A stretch of DNA of 64,000 nt from the NCBI RefSeq assembly GCF_001194135.2, contig NC_068997.1, positions 46,860,068 through 46,924,067 on the forward strand, given 5' to 3'. The DNA comes from Octopus bimaculoides. Taxonomy: Eukaryota. Every line of letters starts with the position of its first letter. Positions within the stretch are counted from its first letter, which is position 1. Made by a program: the position numbers and the translations under genes. Of the stretch, positions 11,243-24,685 are shown piece after piece. Under the pieces are notes generated by a model, which saw only the letters and a program-made list of their open reading frames with translations, did not search any database and was not told where the DNA came from.

Positions 11243-11865
11243 TTGCTCGTTTTCGTCATTAGACTGCGGCCAAGCTGGGGCACCAATTCGAAGTGTTTTA
11301 ATCGATCAAATCGACCCTATTACTTATTCAAGTACAGTAGTTATCTAATCAGTCTCTTAAGCTGAACTACCAAGTTACAGGAACGTAAACAAACCAGCAC
11401 CGGTTGTGAAGCTGTTGGAGAGGGGTGACAAACACAGATGCAAACACATACACACGAACACAAATACACACACACAGACGTATGCACATACACCACACAT
11501 ATATACACATACATATATACATACATACACACACACACACACAAACACACACATATATACGAGAGGCTTCTTTCAATTTCCGTCTCCCAGATTTACACAC
11601 AAGGCTTTTGGTCGGCCTAAGGTTATAATAGAAGGCACTTGATACTGAACCCGGAATCATGTGGCTGTGGAACAAAATTTTACTACACAGCCACACCATT
11701 TACGACGGGCTTCTGCTCAGTTTCCGTTTTTCAAATTCAACTCACAACGCATTAGTCGGTCAAGGTTCTATGGCAAAAGATACCTGCCTAGTTTGTCACG
11801 CACAGGGACTGAATCCGAAACCGCGTAGTTACAAAGCGAGCTTTCTAACCACACAACCACGCTTG
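11243..11865 (-). mobile_element. SINE family B: one near-complete copy with internal microsatellite plus a second 5' half
   Basis: Tail GACTGCGGCCAAGCTGGGGCACC at 11262, internal (CA)/(TACA) tract at 11440-11560, heads ending at about 11698 and 11865. Confidence 0.8.
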
Positions 11866-12759
11866 TCAAAACCCCAAGCTGTTTACGTAGTTAAATGGTC
11901 GAAAACGTTGATGTAATTTTCACAACATGAATCCTCAAAAAAAAAAAAATGTGGTTATCCGTTCAATATCTACTACAAAGGATTTATAAAATTCCAAAAT
12001 GGATAAACTACTAAATTCGAATATCAAATTATTATTATCCTATTGTAAATGAATTATCTCTCGATATCAGGAGCTATATCGTGATATCACATCAGAAGGA
12101 ATTCCGGATATTAGTTTTCCGGGCTCATGGTTTTTGTAAAACTCGAAACCTATTTTGAAATTAGTCCACAAAACTTAAACGCTTTGTTGTATGGCCCCAT
12201 CATTGATTCTGGTCTATGTTTTTTTTTCCAACAATATTGGAAAAATGCACCATTTACTAGAGTGTTCTAGCTTGCTTGAAGATAAAGTAAAAATAACAAA
12301 ATAATAAAGATATTTTTACGATGCAAAAACAACAAAAACAAAATTTAATAACCTTTATATTTTTTTATATCTTCTACGGTTTAGCGTATTTTTAAATATT
12401 TTTTTTAGCTGAATTATTATCAATTGATGCTTAGATTCTAAGCCCTTGGTATTAGCAAGAAGAGAAAGATAACAAACTAATTCAATACTTGTTGTTTCAA
12501 GCCTAGATAATATTTTTAACCCAAGAGAGCCATATGAATCAGCCTTTTCTTTTGTCTTCTAATTTCCCTTTAACGTTTTTAACATCAATGTAAAGCTTCA
12601 AGTTATCTTTCAAATCCTAGAAACTCGTGTGTGCCCTTTGTTTCGTTACGAACCTCACAATAGTACTTATTTCACTTCGAGGTCCCTCAAAATACTTTTT
12701 TTTTAAATATCATCTCTTATCCAACTCCTTAATTTTTCAGGAAACTAATCCTTTTTGTT

Positions 12760-12814
<55 letters not shown>

Positions 12815-12818
12815 CATT

Positions 12819-13372
12819 ACTTAAGGAGGCGAACCAGCAGAATCGTTATCGTGCTGGACAAACTGTTTAGCGACATTTCTTCCGGCTTTTTACGTTCTGA
12901 GTTCAAACGCTGCCGCGGTCGACTTTGTCTTTCATCCTTTTGAGGTCAATGAAATAAATACCAGTTAAGCACTGAGCTCAATGGAAAGGGACTTATTTTA
13001 TTTATTTATGCGCCCTTTTAAAGCCTAGCCAGGCTCATGGCCCCGGTTTCCCGGTTTCTATGGCGTATGTGTTCCTCCCAGTAGGACGGGACGCCAGTCC
13101 ATCGCAGCGTTACTCATGAAACAGGAAGAAAGAGTGAGAGAAAGTTGGGTCGAAAGAGTACAACAGGGGTCACCACAACCCACTGCTGGAGCCTCGTGGA
13201 GCTTTAGGTGTTTTCGCTCAATGAACACACACAACGCCTGGCTGGTCTGGGAATCGAAACCGCGATCCTCCGACCGCGAGCCCGCTGCCCTAACCACTAG
13301 GCCATTGCACCTCCACGTAAGGGACTTAACCGCCCCCAAAATTGCTGGTCTTGTACCAAAATTTGAAACCAA
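12819..13372 (+). mobile_element. SINE family A split by an inserted family C SINE
   Basis: A body at 12819-12995 resumes at 13329 with the normal tail AACCGCCCCCAAAATTGCTGGTCTTGTACCAAAATTTGAAACC. Confidence 0.85.
12996..13318 (-). mobile_element. full-length SINE family C with V-domain-like segment, 10-bp TSD
   Basis: Head GGAGGTGCAATGGCCTAGTGGTTAGG...GGTTTCGATTCC. Segment GCTGCGATGGACTGGCGTCCCGTCC resembles the V-SINE domain (from memory). TSD AAGGGACTTA at 12986-12995 and 13319-13328. Confidence 0.9.
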
Positions 13373-13417
13373 TATCTATGAAACTAATAGCCTTTGTTAT
13401 CACCAACATCACATTGT

Positions 13418-13637
13418 TTAAGGCGGCGAACAGACAGGGTCGTTAACGTAATGGACAAAATGCTTAGCGGCGTTTCATCCGTTCTTTTACATTCTGCGGT
13501 CAAATGCTGCCGTGGTTTTCTTTGCCTTGCATTCTTTCGAGGTCTATAAAATAAGTACCAGTTGAGGACTGGATCGTTATAAACGACTTCCCCTTACCCT
13601 CAAAATTGTTGGCTTTGCGCTAAGATCGGAAACCATC
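13418..13637 (+). mobile_element. SINE family A
   Basis: Head AAGGCGGCGAAC, core GCCTTGCATTCTTTCGAGGTCTATAAAATAAGTACCAG. Confidence 0.85.
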
Positions 13638-14114
13638 ATCCATTATTCATTCTTAGAGAATGCCTACACTAATTTTGTTGTTGAATAAGACAATAACAAA
13701 CAATGACATATTAAAGTATTAGAAAATCTACTTGACGCTTCATCTGTTCTTTCAGGTGTTAAGCAACAAGTCTACTGATGGCGTACCGTCTATAACTATG
13801 ACAATAAGTATTACGTAGGATAAATGGAAATCACTTATAGATAATTCGACATCAGAAGAAATAACAGAGCCATGGATCAATTTAAAAGCAAATAAATCGA
13901 CCGCTAAAGTTACCTGTTAATCTACGTAAATAAACGATAAACATTTTCTAACGCTGCTTGTTTCAGTGATACTGAGATATTAGCCGTGTCTTTTAAAACT
14001 GCCAGAAACCGTCCTTCACAATAAAAGATTTGTGGGTACATTAGATGCATCCCAATTTCAGCGGCGCATATTTAGGAAAAGGAGCCGTTCGAGCATTAAA
14101 AAGTGTAGTATTCA

Positions 14115-14320
14115 AAGCAACTTAGCTGGTAGAATCCTTAGCACACTGGACAAAATGCTTACCGGCATTTCGTCCGTCTTTACTTTCTCCGGGATCGACT
14201 TTGCCTTTCATCCTTTCGGTAATCGATAAAATAAGTACCAATTGATCACTGAAGTTGATGTAATCGACTTTCCCATCTCCTCCGAAATTGCTGGCCTTGT
14301 GTCAGAATTTGAAACCAATA
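14115..14320 (+). mobile_element. SINE family A (internally deleted)
   Basis: Core GACTTTGCCTTTCATCCTTTCGGTAATCGATAAAATAAGTACC and tail. Confidence 0.8.
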
Positions 14321-14667
14321 GTTAAAGCAACTTCACATATAGGACCCGGGGTGAATCTTTGAGACAAAATTTTGTAAAAAAAAAAAGAAGTGTGTTTTAT
14401 TTTCCGAAGACTAGCTCAGTCTCCGCTGCTCCACTCAGGTAAAGCGTACAGCTTAAGGGAGCAAAACACTTGTGATCCTGAGATAGCTGTTAAGGACACG
14501 GAAAGGTTTCCGGTATTGTATTGGATTTACAAGAGCTTGTAAAACCTCAAAGTAGCTCCTGCTGTTCCTGTGTTGGGCAAGGCATCTCGGATGTGGTTGG
14601 GAAGCAAGCTTCTTACCACACATCCACGCCTGCGCCTATACGCTAATTAACAAATTCTCTACAATAG

Positions 14668-14712
<45 letters not shown>

Positions 14713-15122
14713 GCACACACACACACACACACGCATACACATACACATACACACACATATACATACCCACAACACACACTTAATAACTTGATCGCATTAT
14801 TCAAGTACATTTCCATTAATATGGCTTTCGAAAATAGATTGCTGTTTGCATAAATAATCTTTTCAAGCTACTAGACCATGTTTAAACGTAGAGTTTCCTT
14901 TCAGCCTTTCACACTCCCGATACAAGGGAAAATAGCAATATTGAAGACTGTACTTTTTATGAAGGTCAGTCGAATCTTTACAAATACGACTCACAAACAT
15001 CTTCCATTTACTTCTTTGTCCATTTTTTTCCCATCAAGCAAAAAGCAGTTTCGCTGGCAACTCTAGTTGCTTTTATTAGTTCTGGTCATTGGAAAAAAAA
15101 AGGGTTATATTTATGCTCTTTG

Positions 15123-15427
15123 AAGGCGCGTGATGTAGTGCTTAGGGTATTTGGCTCACTATCCTAAGGTCGCAAGTTCGATTTATGGTGCAGCGTTGTG
15201 TCCTTGAGCACGACACCACTTTATTCCACGTTACTCCAGTCCTCTCATTTGGTAAAAATTCGTGGTACCTGTAATTCAAAGGGCCAGCCTTGTCATATTC
15301 TGTGCTGCACTGAATCTATCGTAAAACTGCATTAAAGTTACACGTGCCTGTGGAGTGCTCAGCCACATGCACATTAATTTCACGACCGGATCAACTGGAA
15401 CACTCATCGTCGTAACTGACGGAGTGT
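15123..15427 (+). mobile_element. tRNA-derived SINE, family C variant (C2 body)
   Basis: Family C head plus the body GTACCTGTAATTCAAAGGGCCAGCCTTGTC...GGATCAACTGGAACACTCATCGTCGTAACTGACGGAGTG. A second copy lies at 42138-42445. Confidence 0.85.
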
Positions 15428-15859
15428 TATTTATATTTATGCTCTTCGAAGTCTTGGTATTTGAACGTCGATTAAAAAATATCTTATTAGATTGGCATAC
15501 AAGACGCACTGTTTAATAATAATAAAAATATTTTCTACTAGAGACACTAGGTCTGACATTTGGGGCAGCAGAAGATGGGAGGAAGGAGGAGTAACGGGTT
15601 GTACACTCCCGAGCAAATGGCGTGTTCCTCTTCGTAATGAAGACATGATTGCAAAGACATAGCGACGGAGAGTGGCCAGCGACACTCACTGTAACATTGT
15701 CCCTGACGCTCACTACTGTTAGTTTACTTTAATACGAAGGGTCTCTTCTACCTAGCTCGATCCCATAATACATTTGGTTGTACTGCTAACTTACTTTTTA
15801 TACACAGTAATGTTTTCTGCTGTGGCTAATTTAATTTTGTAATGATCTGTTATGTACTG

Positions 15860-16558
15860 TTAGATTGCTTTAGATATTGGCTTTACATTTTGGTACAAGG
15901 CAGGCAATTTTAGGGAGAGGGGAAAGTCGATTACATCGACCCCGGTATTCAACTGATACTTATTTCATCGATCCCGAAAAGACGAAAGCAAAGTCGACCT
16001 CGGCAGACTTTGAACTCAGAACGTAAAGAGGGACGAAATGTCGCTAAGCATTTTTTTCTGCGTGCTGACGATTCTACCAGCTCGTCGCCTTAGATTGCTT
16101 TAATATTGATTTTAAATTTTGGCACAAGGCCAGCAATTTCGGGGAGGGGTAAGTCGATTACATCGACCCCAGTAATCAACTGGTACTTATTTTATCGATC
16201 CCGAAAAGGTGAAAAGCAAAATCGACTTCGGCTGAATTTGAACTCAGAACGTAAGGGCATACGAGATGCCGCTAAGCATTTTGACTAATGTGCTAATGAT
16301 TCTGCCAGCTAGCTGCCCTATACTCCTTTGAATATTGGTTTAAAATTTTGACACAAAGCCAGCTATTTTGCGTAGAGGCTAAGTCGATTAAATCGACTCT
16401 CATGCTCGAATGCTACTTATTTCATCGACCCTGAAAGGATAAAAGAGCAAGTCGACCTCTACGTAATTTGAACTCAAAGACTAACGACAGATAAAATGGC
16501 ACAAAGCATTTTGCACGGCGTACTTACGATTCTGCCAGCTCACCGCCTTGATTGCTTC
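15860..16558 (-). mobile_element. three head-to-tail SINE family A copies (about 230-bp period)
   Basis: Units at about 15880-16090, 16110-16320 and 16340-16549, with a recurring flank TTAGATTGCTTT-like at 15860, 16090 and 16548. Confidence 0.9.
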
Positions 16559-17027
16559 AACTATTTTAGAGTACTTAAAACTTTTTCCCCCTGAATACGT
16601 GCTGCTTAAAATTGTTCTACTAATATGCCCGTGTGTGTTTCATGCCATCAAATGCAGTAAGTAAATTAACCTTAAATGTGACCAGCAATCATAATAATTG
16701 CATTTATCTTATAATGACGTAACCGACAACCGACCTAGTCAAAACTTAAATTCACAGTGACGATTAACATCACCAACAACAACACTTAACATGACAGATT
16801 TGATGCCCCACGGGGATCTGAGCAGGGGAAAGAGGAATGCTAAATGCTGATTGGCTATAATAAGGGTAGGGCAAGACTATTATCCTATGAATTAGCACGT
16901 TTTCCGACTAAAGATTAATGTCACAAAAATTACGGTTATTAGAACTATGTGTATGTCTTAAGGGATGTTTGAAATAATAAAAAAGCAGCATTTATTAAAT
17001 TACTGTCTTAGTTGTAAGAATTAAACT

Positions 17028-17134
17028 TTAATCTTCTACGTTTCGTATCGGTTCTGAGAAGAGCTCGTCAGAAGGCGCTCCAGAATTAAATGTTGGTGAA
17101 GTGTTTCTTAAAATAGAAGGTCCCTCGCTGGTTC
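17028..17134 (-). CDS. candidate terminal coding exon, unknown protein
   Basis: tacgtag|GA ACC AGC... gives (G)[34 protein letters not shown], with AATAAA at 16991-16996 (minus). No homology recognised and the polypyrimidine tract is weak. Confidence 0.25.
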
Positions 17135-17232
17135 CTACGTACGTACATATGTATGTATGTATGTATATATGTATGTATATATGTGTGTGCGTGCGTGCGT
17201 GCGTGCGTGCGTGAGAGTGTATGTGTGTGTGC

Positions 17233-17301
<69 letters not shown>

Positions 17302-18052
17302 TGTGTGTGTGTGTGTGTGTGTATAGGGTACGGTGAATATATTGTCGTCTTAATTGCGCAAAAATTAAAATAACACTGACACCTCATTTTAACAGATATA
17401 TTTACCAAAGTTACATAAAAATAACTTGAAATTCTAAAGAGNNNNNNNNNNNNNNNNNNNNNNNNNNNNNNNNNNNNNNNNNNNNNNNNNNNNNNNNNNN
17501 NNNNNNNNNNNNNNNNNNNNNNNNNNNNNNNNNNNNNNNNNNNNNNNNNNNNNNNNNNNNNNNNNNNNNNNNNNNNNNNNNNNNNNNNNNNNNNNNNNNN
17601 NNNNNNNNNNNNNNNNNNNNNNNNNNNNNNNNNNNNNNNNNNNNNNNNNNNNNNNNNNNNNNNNNNNNNNNNNNNNNNNNNNNNNNNNNNNNNNNNNNNN
17701 NNNNNNNNNNNNNNNNNNNNNNNNNNNNNNNNNNNNNNNNNNNNNNNNNNNNNNNNNNNNNNNNNNNNNNNNNNNNNNNNNNNNNNNNNNNNNNNNNNNN
17801 NNNNNNNNNNNNNNNNNNNNNNNNNNNNNNNNNNNNNNNNNNNNNNNNNNNNNNNNNNNNNNNNNNNNNNNNNNNNNNNNNNNNNNNNNNNNNNNNNNNN
17901 NNNNNNNNNNNNNNNNNNNNNNNNNNNNNNNNNNNNNNNNNNNNNNNNNNNNNNNNNNNNNNNNNNNNNNNNNNNNNNNNNNNNNNNNNNNNNNNNNNNN
18001 NNNNNNNNNNNNNNNNNNNNNNNNNNNNNNNNNNNTGTTGCACCTTGTTTAC

Positions 18053-18098
18053 CATTTTGTCCATGTTCTTTTGCCACGTCATGTACCCAGTTATGTAT
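18053..18098 (-). CDS. candidate internal exon, phase-compatible with 17028-17134
   Basis: catatag|ATA CAT AAC...AAT G|gtaaac gives IHNWVHDVAKEHGQN(G), joining in frame to TSEGPS... Confidence 0.2.
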
Positions 18099-18166
18099 CT
18101 ATATGTACATGTAGATGAACGTATATACATACACGTACATATATATGCATATACTCATATATTGTT

Positions 18167-18212
<46 letters not shown>

Positions 18213-18428
18213 CACACGCACACACACACGCACATGCACACATGTATACATACATACGTACATGCGTATGTACACACATACATAGATATTCTTGGGGTAG
18301 GATTGCGAGATCTGAAGTATAGCAGTTATTCAGGTCTAAATCGTTGCATGTTATATAAGAAATAGTTGTGTTTATATAGGTATGTATGACAATGAGTTTT
18401 TATGCTCGTATCTGCGTGTATTAAATAC

Positions 18429-18463
<35 letters not shown>

Positions 18464-20110
18464 GAGCGTACGTCCAAGTGTGAATGCGTGTATGCAATAT
18501 CATGTGTGTGCGTGCTCACGCGTACGTGTAAATGTATGCATAAATACATAGGTGGGTGAGAGCAACATAGTAATATGTGAGTGTGTGTACGCATGTCTGT
18601 GTGTAAGTGTATATATAAACGCATAACTGAAAGAAACAAAGTAGTACACACACGCACACATATATATATATATATGTATGTATATATTTATATATATACA
18701 TATATATGTATGCATACACACACACATATATAGAAACATATATCTATCTATATATATTTATATATATATGTATATATATGTATGTATGTATATATATGTA
18801 TATATATATATATATATATATNNNNNNNNNNNNNNNNNNNNNNNNNNNNNNNNNNNNNNNNNNNNNNNNNNNNNNNNNNNNNNNNNNNNNNNNNNNNNNN
18901 NNNNNNNNNNNNNNNNNNNNNNNNNNNNNNNNNNNNNNNNNNNNNNNNNNNNNNNNNNNNNNNNNNNNNNNNNNNNNNNNNNNNNNNNNNNNNNNNNNNN
19001 NNNNNNNNNNNNNNNNNNNNNNNNNNNNNNNNNNNNNNNNNNNNNNNNNNNNNNNNNNNNNNNNNNNNNNNNNNNNNNNNNNNNNNNNNNNNNNNNNNNN
19101 NNNNNNNNNNNNNNNNNNNNNNNNNNTATATAGATGGATGTGTTCAATAAAATATTCTAATAGCCTTTTATTATTATTTTCTGCTCTCTTCAGATGGAAC
19201 AACCATAGTAATGATAACGGGGGTAGTAATGGCGTAATGGTGGATGGCGAGGTTGTGAGAGTGGTGGTGGTTGTGGTGATGGTGGTGGTGGCGGTAATGA
19301 TGGTAGTGGTGGTGGTGGTGGTGGCGGTGCATGGCGAGGGGTGGTGAGGGAAGCAACGTACTTGTTGATGCTGATGGATCCATTCCTACAATATGGCAAC
19401 TTTCTGTGAGTTTGATAAACGATTTACATCACAGTTATAGGGTAAATCATACGTATCGTTAAAATACATCCACCCCCCACACACACACGCACGCACACAC
19501 GCATGCACGCACACGGACACATACATACGCGAACATTCACACAGACGCACACATGCACACACACGCACGTACAAAACACCCATAAACGCGCGCATACACG
19601 CACATACACCTAAACACACACTGACACATACATACGAACACACACATTCACAAACACGTACACAAAGACACAGACACACACATATATATATATATGCAGG
19701 GGCACATACACTCACAAGCGTACAAACACATACTCACACGCATATACATGCACACATACACACACTTACATATACACGCGTTTCAATCTCTTTCTCCACG
19801 CATTTATCTGTACTTCACCGTATCTTTATACATGGTTTACAATCTATATGGTATTAAGTGCATGCATATACACACTAACTTAAACACATACGCACACATA
19901 CACACACACGCATATATATATATACACATACATATATACACATACATATATATATATACACATACATATATACACTTACAAATACAGACACGCGCACACA
20001 TATATATACATATATATATATAGACACACAGATATATACACACATTCGCACATACACACACACACATATATATACATACATACTCAAATATATATGAACA
20101 TAGATACATA

Positions 20111-20184
<74 letters not shown>

Positions 20185-20221
20185 TGCATGCTTATGTATA
20201 TATATATATGAATGTATAAGC

Positions 20222-20260
<39 letters not shown>

Positions 20261-20705
20261 TAGATAGATAGATAGATAGAGAGAAAGAGAGAGAGAAATA
20301 GATGGATATTGATATAGATATTAGCATACATGTGTGTGTGTGTGTGTAACAGAGAGAGAGAGAGAGAAAAATACATTAGAAGGAATATTGAGGGGAAAGG
20401 ACTGGTTAATACTTTTTTGATTCTCCCTAGAGTTTTTTTTTCACCAAACGAAAATGGAGTCCGGTTGGGTGTTTGGTCCGGATTCCTGCCTTATTTTCTT
20501 CACATTCTACACACCGTATCTTCATATCTCACTTTGACTTACATATCTATTTACATCTATGTGTGAATGCGCGCATATGTACGTTCATGTATGTATGTAT
20601 GTATGTATGTATGTATGTATGTATGTATGTATGTATGTATCAATCATTTACGCTTCCTCTCCTCCCCTCTCTCTCTGTATATATTCACACACGCACACAT
20701 ATATG

Positions 20706-20754
<49 letters not shown>

Positions 20755-21981
20755 TGTACATATATATATATATATATANNNNNNNNNNNNNNNNNNNNNN
20801 NNNNNNNNNNNNNNNNNNNNNNNNNNNNNNNNNNNNNNNNNNNNNNNNNNNNNNNNNNNNNNNNNNNNNNNNNNNNNNNNNNNNNNNNNNNNNNNNNNNN
20901 NNNNNNNNNNNNNNNNNNNNNNNNNNNNNNNNNNNNNNNNNNNNNNNNNNNNNNNNNNNNNNNNNNNNNNNNNNNNNNNNNNNNNNNNNNNNNNNNNNNN
21001 NNNNNNNNNNNNNNNNNNNNNNNNNNNNNNNNNNNNNNNNNNNNNNNNNNNNNNNNNNNNNNNNNNNNNNNNNNNNNNNNNNNNNNNNNNNNNNNNNNNN
21101 NNNNNNNNNNNNNNNNNNNNNNNNNNNNNNNNNNNNNNNNNNNNNNNNNNNNNNNNNNNNNNNNNNNNNNNNNNNNNNNNNNNNNNNNNNNNNNNNNNNN
21201 NNNNNNNNNNNNNNNNNNNNNNNNNNNNNNNNNNNNNNNNNNNNNNNNNNNNNNNNNNNNNNNNNNNNNNNNNNNNNNNNNNNNNNNNNNNNNNNNNNNN
21301 NNNNNNNNNNNNNNNNNNNNNNNNNNNNNNNNNNNNNNNNNNNNNNNNNNNNNNNNNNNNNNNNNNNNNNNNNNNNNNNNNNNNNNNNNNNNNNNNNNNN
21401 NNNNNNNNNNNNNNNNNNNNNNNNNNNNNNNNNNNNNNNNNNNNNNNNNNNNNNNNNNNNNNNNNNNNNNNNNNNNNNNNNNNNNNNNNNNNNNNNNNAT
21501 ATATATATATATATATAAATGTATGTATATATGAATGTATGTATGTACTTATGTAAGTATGGATATATGTGTGTAGAAAATCACTTCCTGTAATGGAGAA
21601 AGTGCACGGCATTGAAAATGGTGCTATTACAAATATATAAAATTCTAAAAACATGAACAAATACGCACGTAGAGAATAGATTGAGAAGCAAAAATTGAAG
21701 CCGATGAAATAAATGTACATAGGTATGTATGTATGTATGTATGTATGTATGTATGTATGTATGCATGTATGTATGTATGTATGTATGTATGTATGTATGT
21801 GTGTGCGTATTTAAGTGTTTTTATTGTTATAAAATACAAAAATTATAAAGCTGTGAACATTAAGTGATTCAATAAAGGTCTCAATAAAACTATACAGTTA
21901 GATGTCATTCATAATACTTTTATTATCAGTGAATCCGAAATGTCACCGACACTTGGCGTCGTCAGACAGCCAGCTACACAA

Positions 21982-22012
<31 letters not shown>

Positions 22013-23133
22013 CACGTATGCATGCATATATCCATACATTGTAAGTGATGTATGTGTATAGTGGAGACGGCTGATGCTGCGGTTTTCCTCAGGGAAAAAT
22101 CCCTTTATAGTCGCATTTTATTGAAAAACACAATATACTTCATAGCTAGGCGAAAGGAAATCGTTCCTTAAAATGAACGCTAGTGTTACTGATACGTATT
22201 TCGCTGTCGTTGCAGCTCATCAATGTCACGTATTCGCGTCATTTCCGAAACGAATTTGAATCAGGCAGTCTGAAATATATCCAGCCAGTGTATAAACAAT
22301 ATACTCGTTCGCATACACATACACATACACACATTCATACACACTCATGCGCATGTATATATGCATACATAGTACATACAGACGCAGGAGTGGCTATGCG
22401 GTAAGTAGCTTGCTTACCAACCACATAGTTCCGGGACTAAACTTGTGCCAAAATTTTAAACGATATTTTTTTTATTAGAAAGTGTGATTTCCCAATTCCT
22501 AACTTCATGTCTCTCGTTTGCAAGCTTCAGACGACTATGAGGAATAAAATATAAGAAAGATATTTAAAATATTTATATTTTTATTTCTCATTTTCGGTGT
22601 TTTATGTTATTTTTGTTTTATATATTTACATATATTTTGAAATATCAATATATTTAAATAATAATTATGCATTAGATGTGTTTGAATACCAGAGTAGATT
22701 TTGATGCATAAAATATACCGAAAATTTTTTTTTTTGATAGAAAGAAAAAATTAAAAAAATAAACAAATAAAAACAGTCACGTGGCGTATATACGTAGAGA
22801 AACATGTTGAATAGAGAAAGACAGAGAGAAGGAAGGAAAAAGATGAGTGAAGAAAAGAGATATGAAGGAGAGGGAGGAGAAGGAAAATAAAAAAAGAGAG
22901 GGGGAAGGATTGGTGCAAAGAAACAAAAATGTATTTGTATAAATATGTATACAAAACATAGAAAACATTTAATAACAAGGAATCTGGCAGACATATGTGT
23001 GTGTGTGTATACATATATGTATGGATGTATATATATATATATATATGTTTATATATTTATTTATATATATATATATATGCATATATATATGTATATATAT
23101 ATGTATATATGCATGTGTATATATATGTATATA

Positions 23134-23179
<46 letters not shown>

Positions 23180-24354
23180 NNNNNNNNNNNNNNNNNNNNN
23201 NNNNNNNNNNNNNNNNNNNNNNNNNNNNNNNNNNNNNNNNNNNNNNNNNNNNNNNNNNNNNNNNNNNNNNNNNNNNNNNNNNNNNNNNNNNNNNNNNNNN
23301 NNNNNNNNNNNNNNNNNNNNNNNNNNNNNNNNNNNNNNNNNNNNNNNNNNNNNNNNNNNNNNNNNNNNNNNNNNNNNNNNNNNNNATATATGTATATTGT
23401 ACATATGTTTACATATACATATACATATGCATACATATATACATATGTGTGTGTATGCGTGTGCGCACGCGTGCGTGCGTATATGTGTGTGTGTGTGTGT
23501 GTGTGAATATATGAATATATGAAAACCGATTAATAATGGAAAGGCAGAGAAAAATAAAATGCAGTCAGAATTAAAGTTTAAATTCAAATTAAAAGAAGAT
23601 TAGCAGCTGTAAAAGAAAATAATAAATTATTTGCCAATGGATAAATAATAAATAAATGAATAAATAAACAGATAAAATGTGAAAAGAGAAAAATGTGCGT
23701 GCATAATCACCACATCGAGTAAAGAAAGTAATCTGATGATGCAAAGATAAAAAATTTATATATATAAAAAAAGAATCTTTTGTACAGTGTGGTGAGAATG
23801 ACGTCTATACTGGCGGTGTAAGATCCAATTGTTGAAGGAAAGGTCAAAGAAATTAACCATTTGGCAGTAAAAAGTTATACGGTAAATATTTAGAGGCGTG
23901 CCTGCAGGTATATAGAAGCTCAGACGTTTCATTTGATGCGTGTGAGTTTTGAAACATCATGAGAAGCTTTTCGCTTAAGTACAGATAACTGAAACTCGAA
24001 AAAAACAGGGGAAAAAAATTTTAAAAATCGATGTCATATGATGCAGAGTACTCTACTACACTCCAATTTATTTTGAATGTACTCGGACTGAATTCTTTCG
24101 CGACGCAAATGAACTTGGATAAATTTGATGGAAACAATTCTTTTCTGGCTATTTAAATGAATGTATTGGGTTAAATTGCCCATGTTCAGTTCACTGTAGG
24201 GCGAAAGCCTAAGCGTGTTCTGTTCACCCAAGTGTGATCTGCTGTGGAGGTCATAAATTTTAGAATGAGATCATAGTGATTTGATGAGTCTACTCTGCCA
24301 CAATAACTCGATAAGAATTAGCAGGGGGATGCAGTTTTTAATACTCATACACAG

Positions 24355-24527
24355 GAGTAGTTAAGTTGATTACATCGGCCCAGTGTTCAACCTCGAAAGG
24401 ATATCGACCTCGAAAGGATAAAAGGCAAAGTCAACCTCGGCGAAATTTGAACACAGAACGTAAGGACAGACAAAATACCGCTAAGCATTTCGCCCGACTT
24501 GCTAACGATTCTCCGAGCTCACCGCTT
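24355..24527 (-). mobile_element. SINE family A
   Basis: Reverse of head GCGGTGAGCTCGGAGAATCGTTAGC, B box GTGTTCAAATTTCG and core. Confidence 0.85.
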
Positions 24528-24587
24528 TCAATGTGTATGCTGGTAAAATGAATTTTGAATTTATTTTCTGTTGATCCAGTGTAAGAT

Positions 24588-24685
24588 TTACACACAGAGC
24601 AAGAAAATGGTCAGAATCAATGCCATTACGAGTAGGCAGGGAGGCAATGTTGTTAGCATTGGAGAATCTTCTTGAATTACAGTTG
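24588..24685 (-). CDS. candidate terminal exon encoding a hydrophobic, GPI-signal-like C-terminus
   Basis: Strong acceptor tttcattttctcttgtcgttttag|CA ACT... gives (A)TVIQEDSPMLTTLPPCLLVMALILTIFLLCV*, with AATAAA at 24560-24565 (minus). Confidence 0.35.

Noticed and set aside
16790-16870. MTDLMPHGDLSRGKRNAKC (amidation-like GKR) and adjacent ATTGGC/TATAA promoter-like motifs
   Set aside because: A 19-codon ORF with no signal peptide. Short motifs like these are expected by chance in AT-rich DNA.
19174-19406. Poly-His and poly-Pro ORFs with a plausible minus-strand acceptor at 19406
   Set aside because: The core is a degenerate (CCA)n repeat. The possible 42-nt exon is not phase-compatible with the 18053-18098 candidate, and no homology is recognisable.
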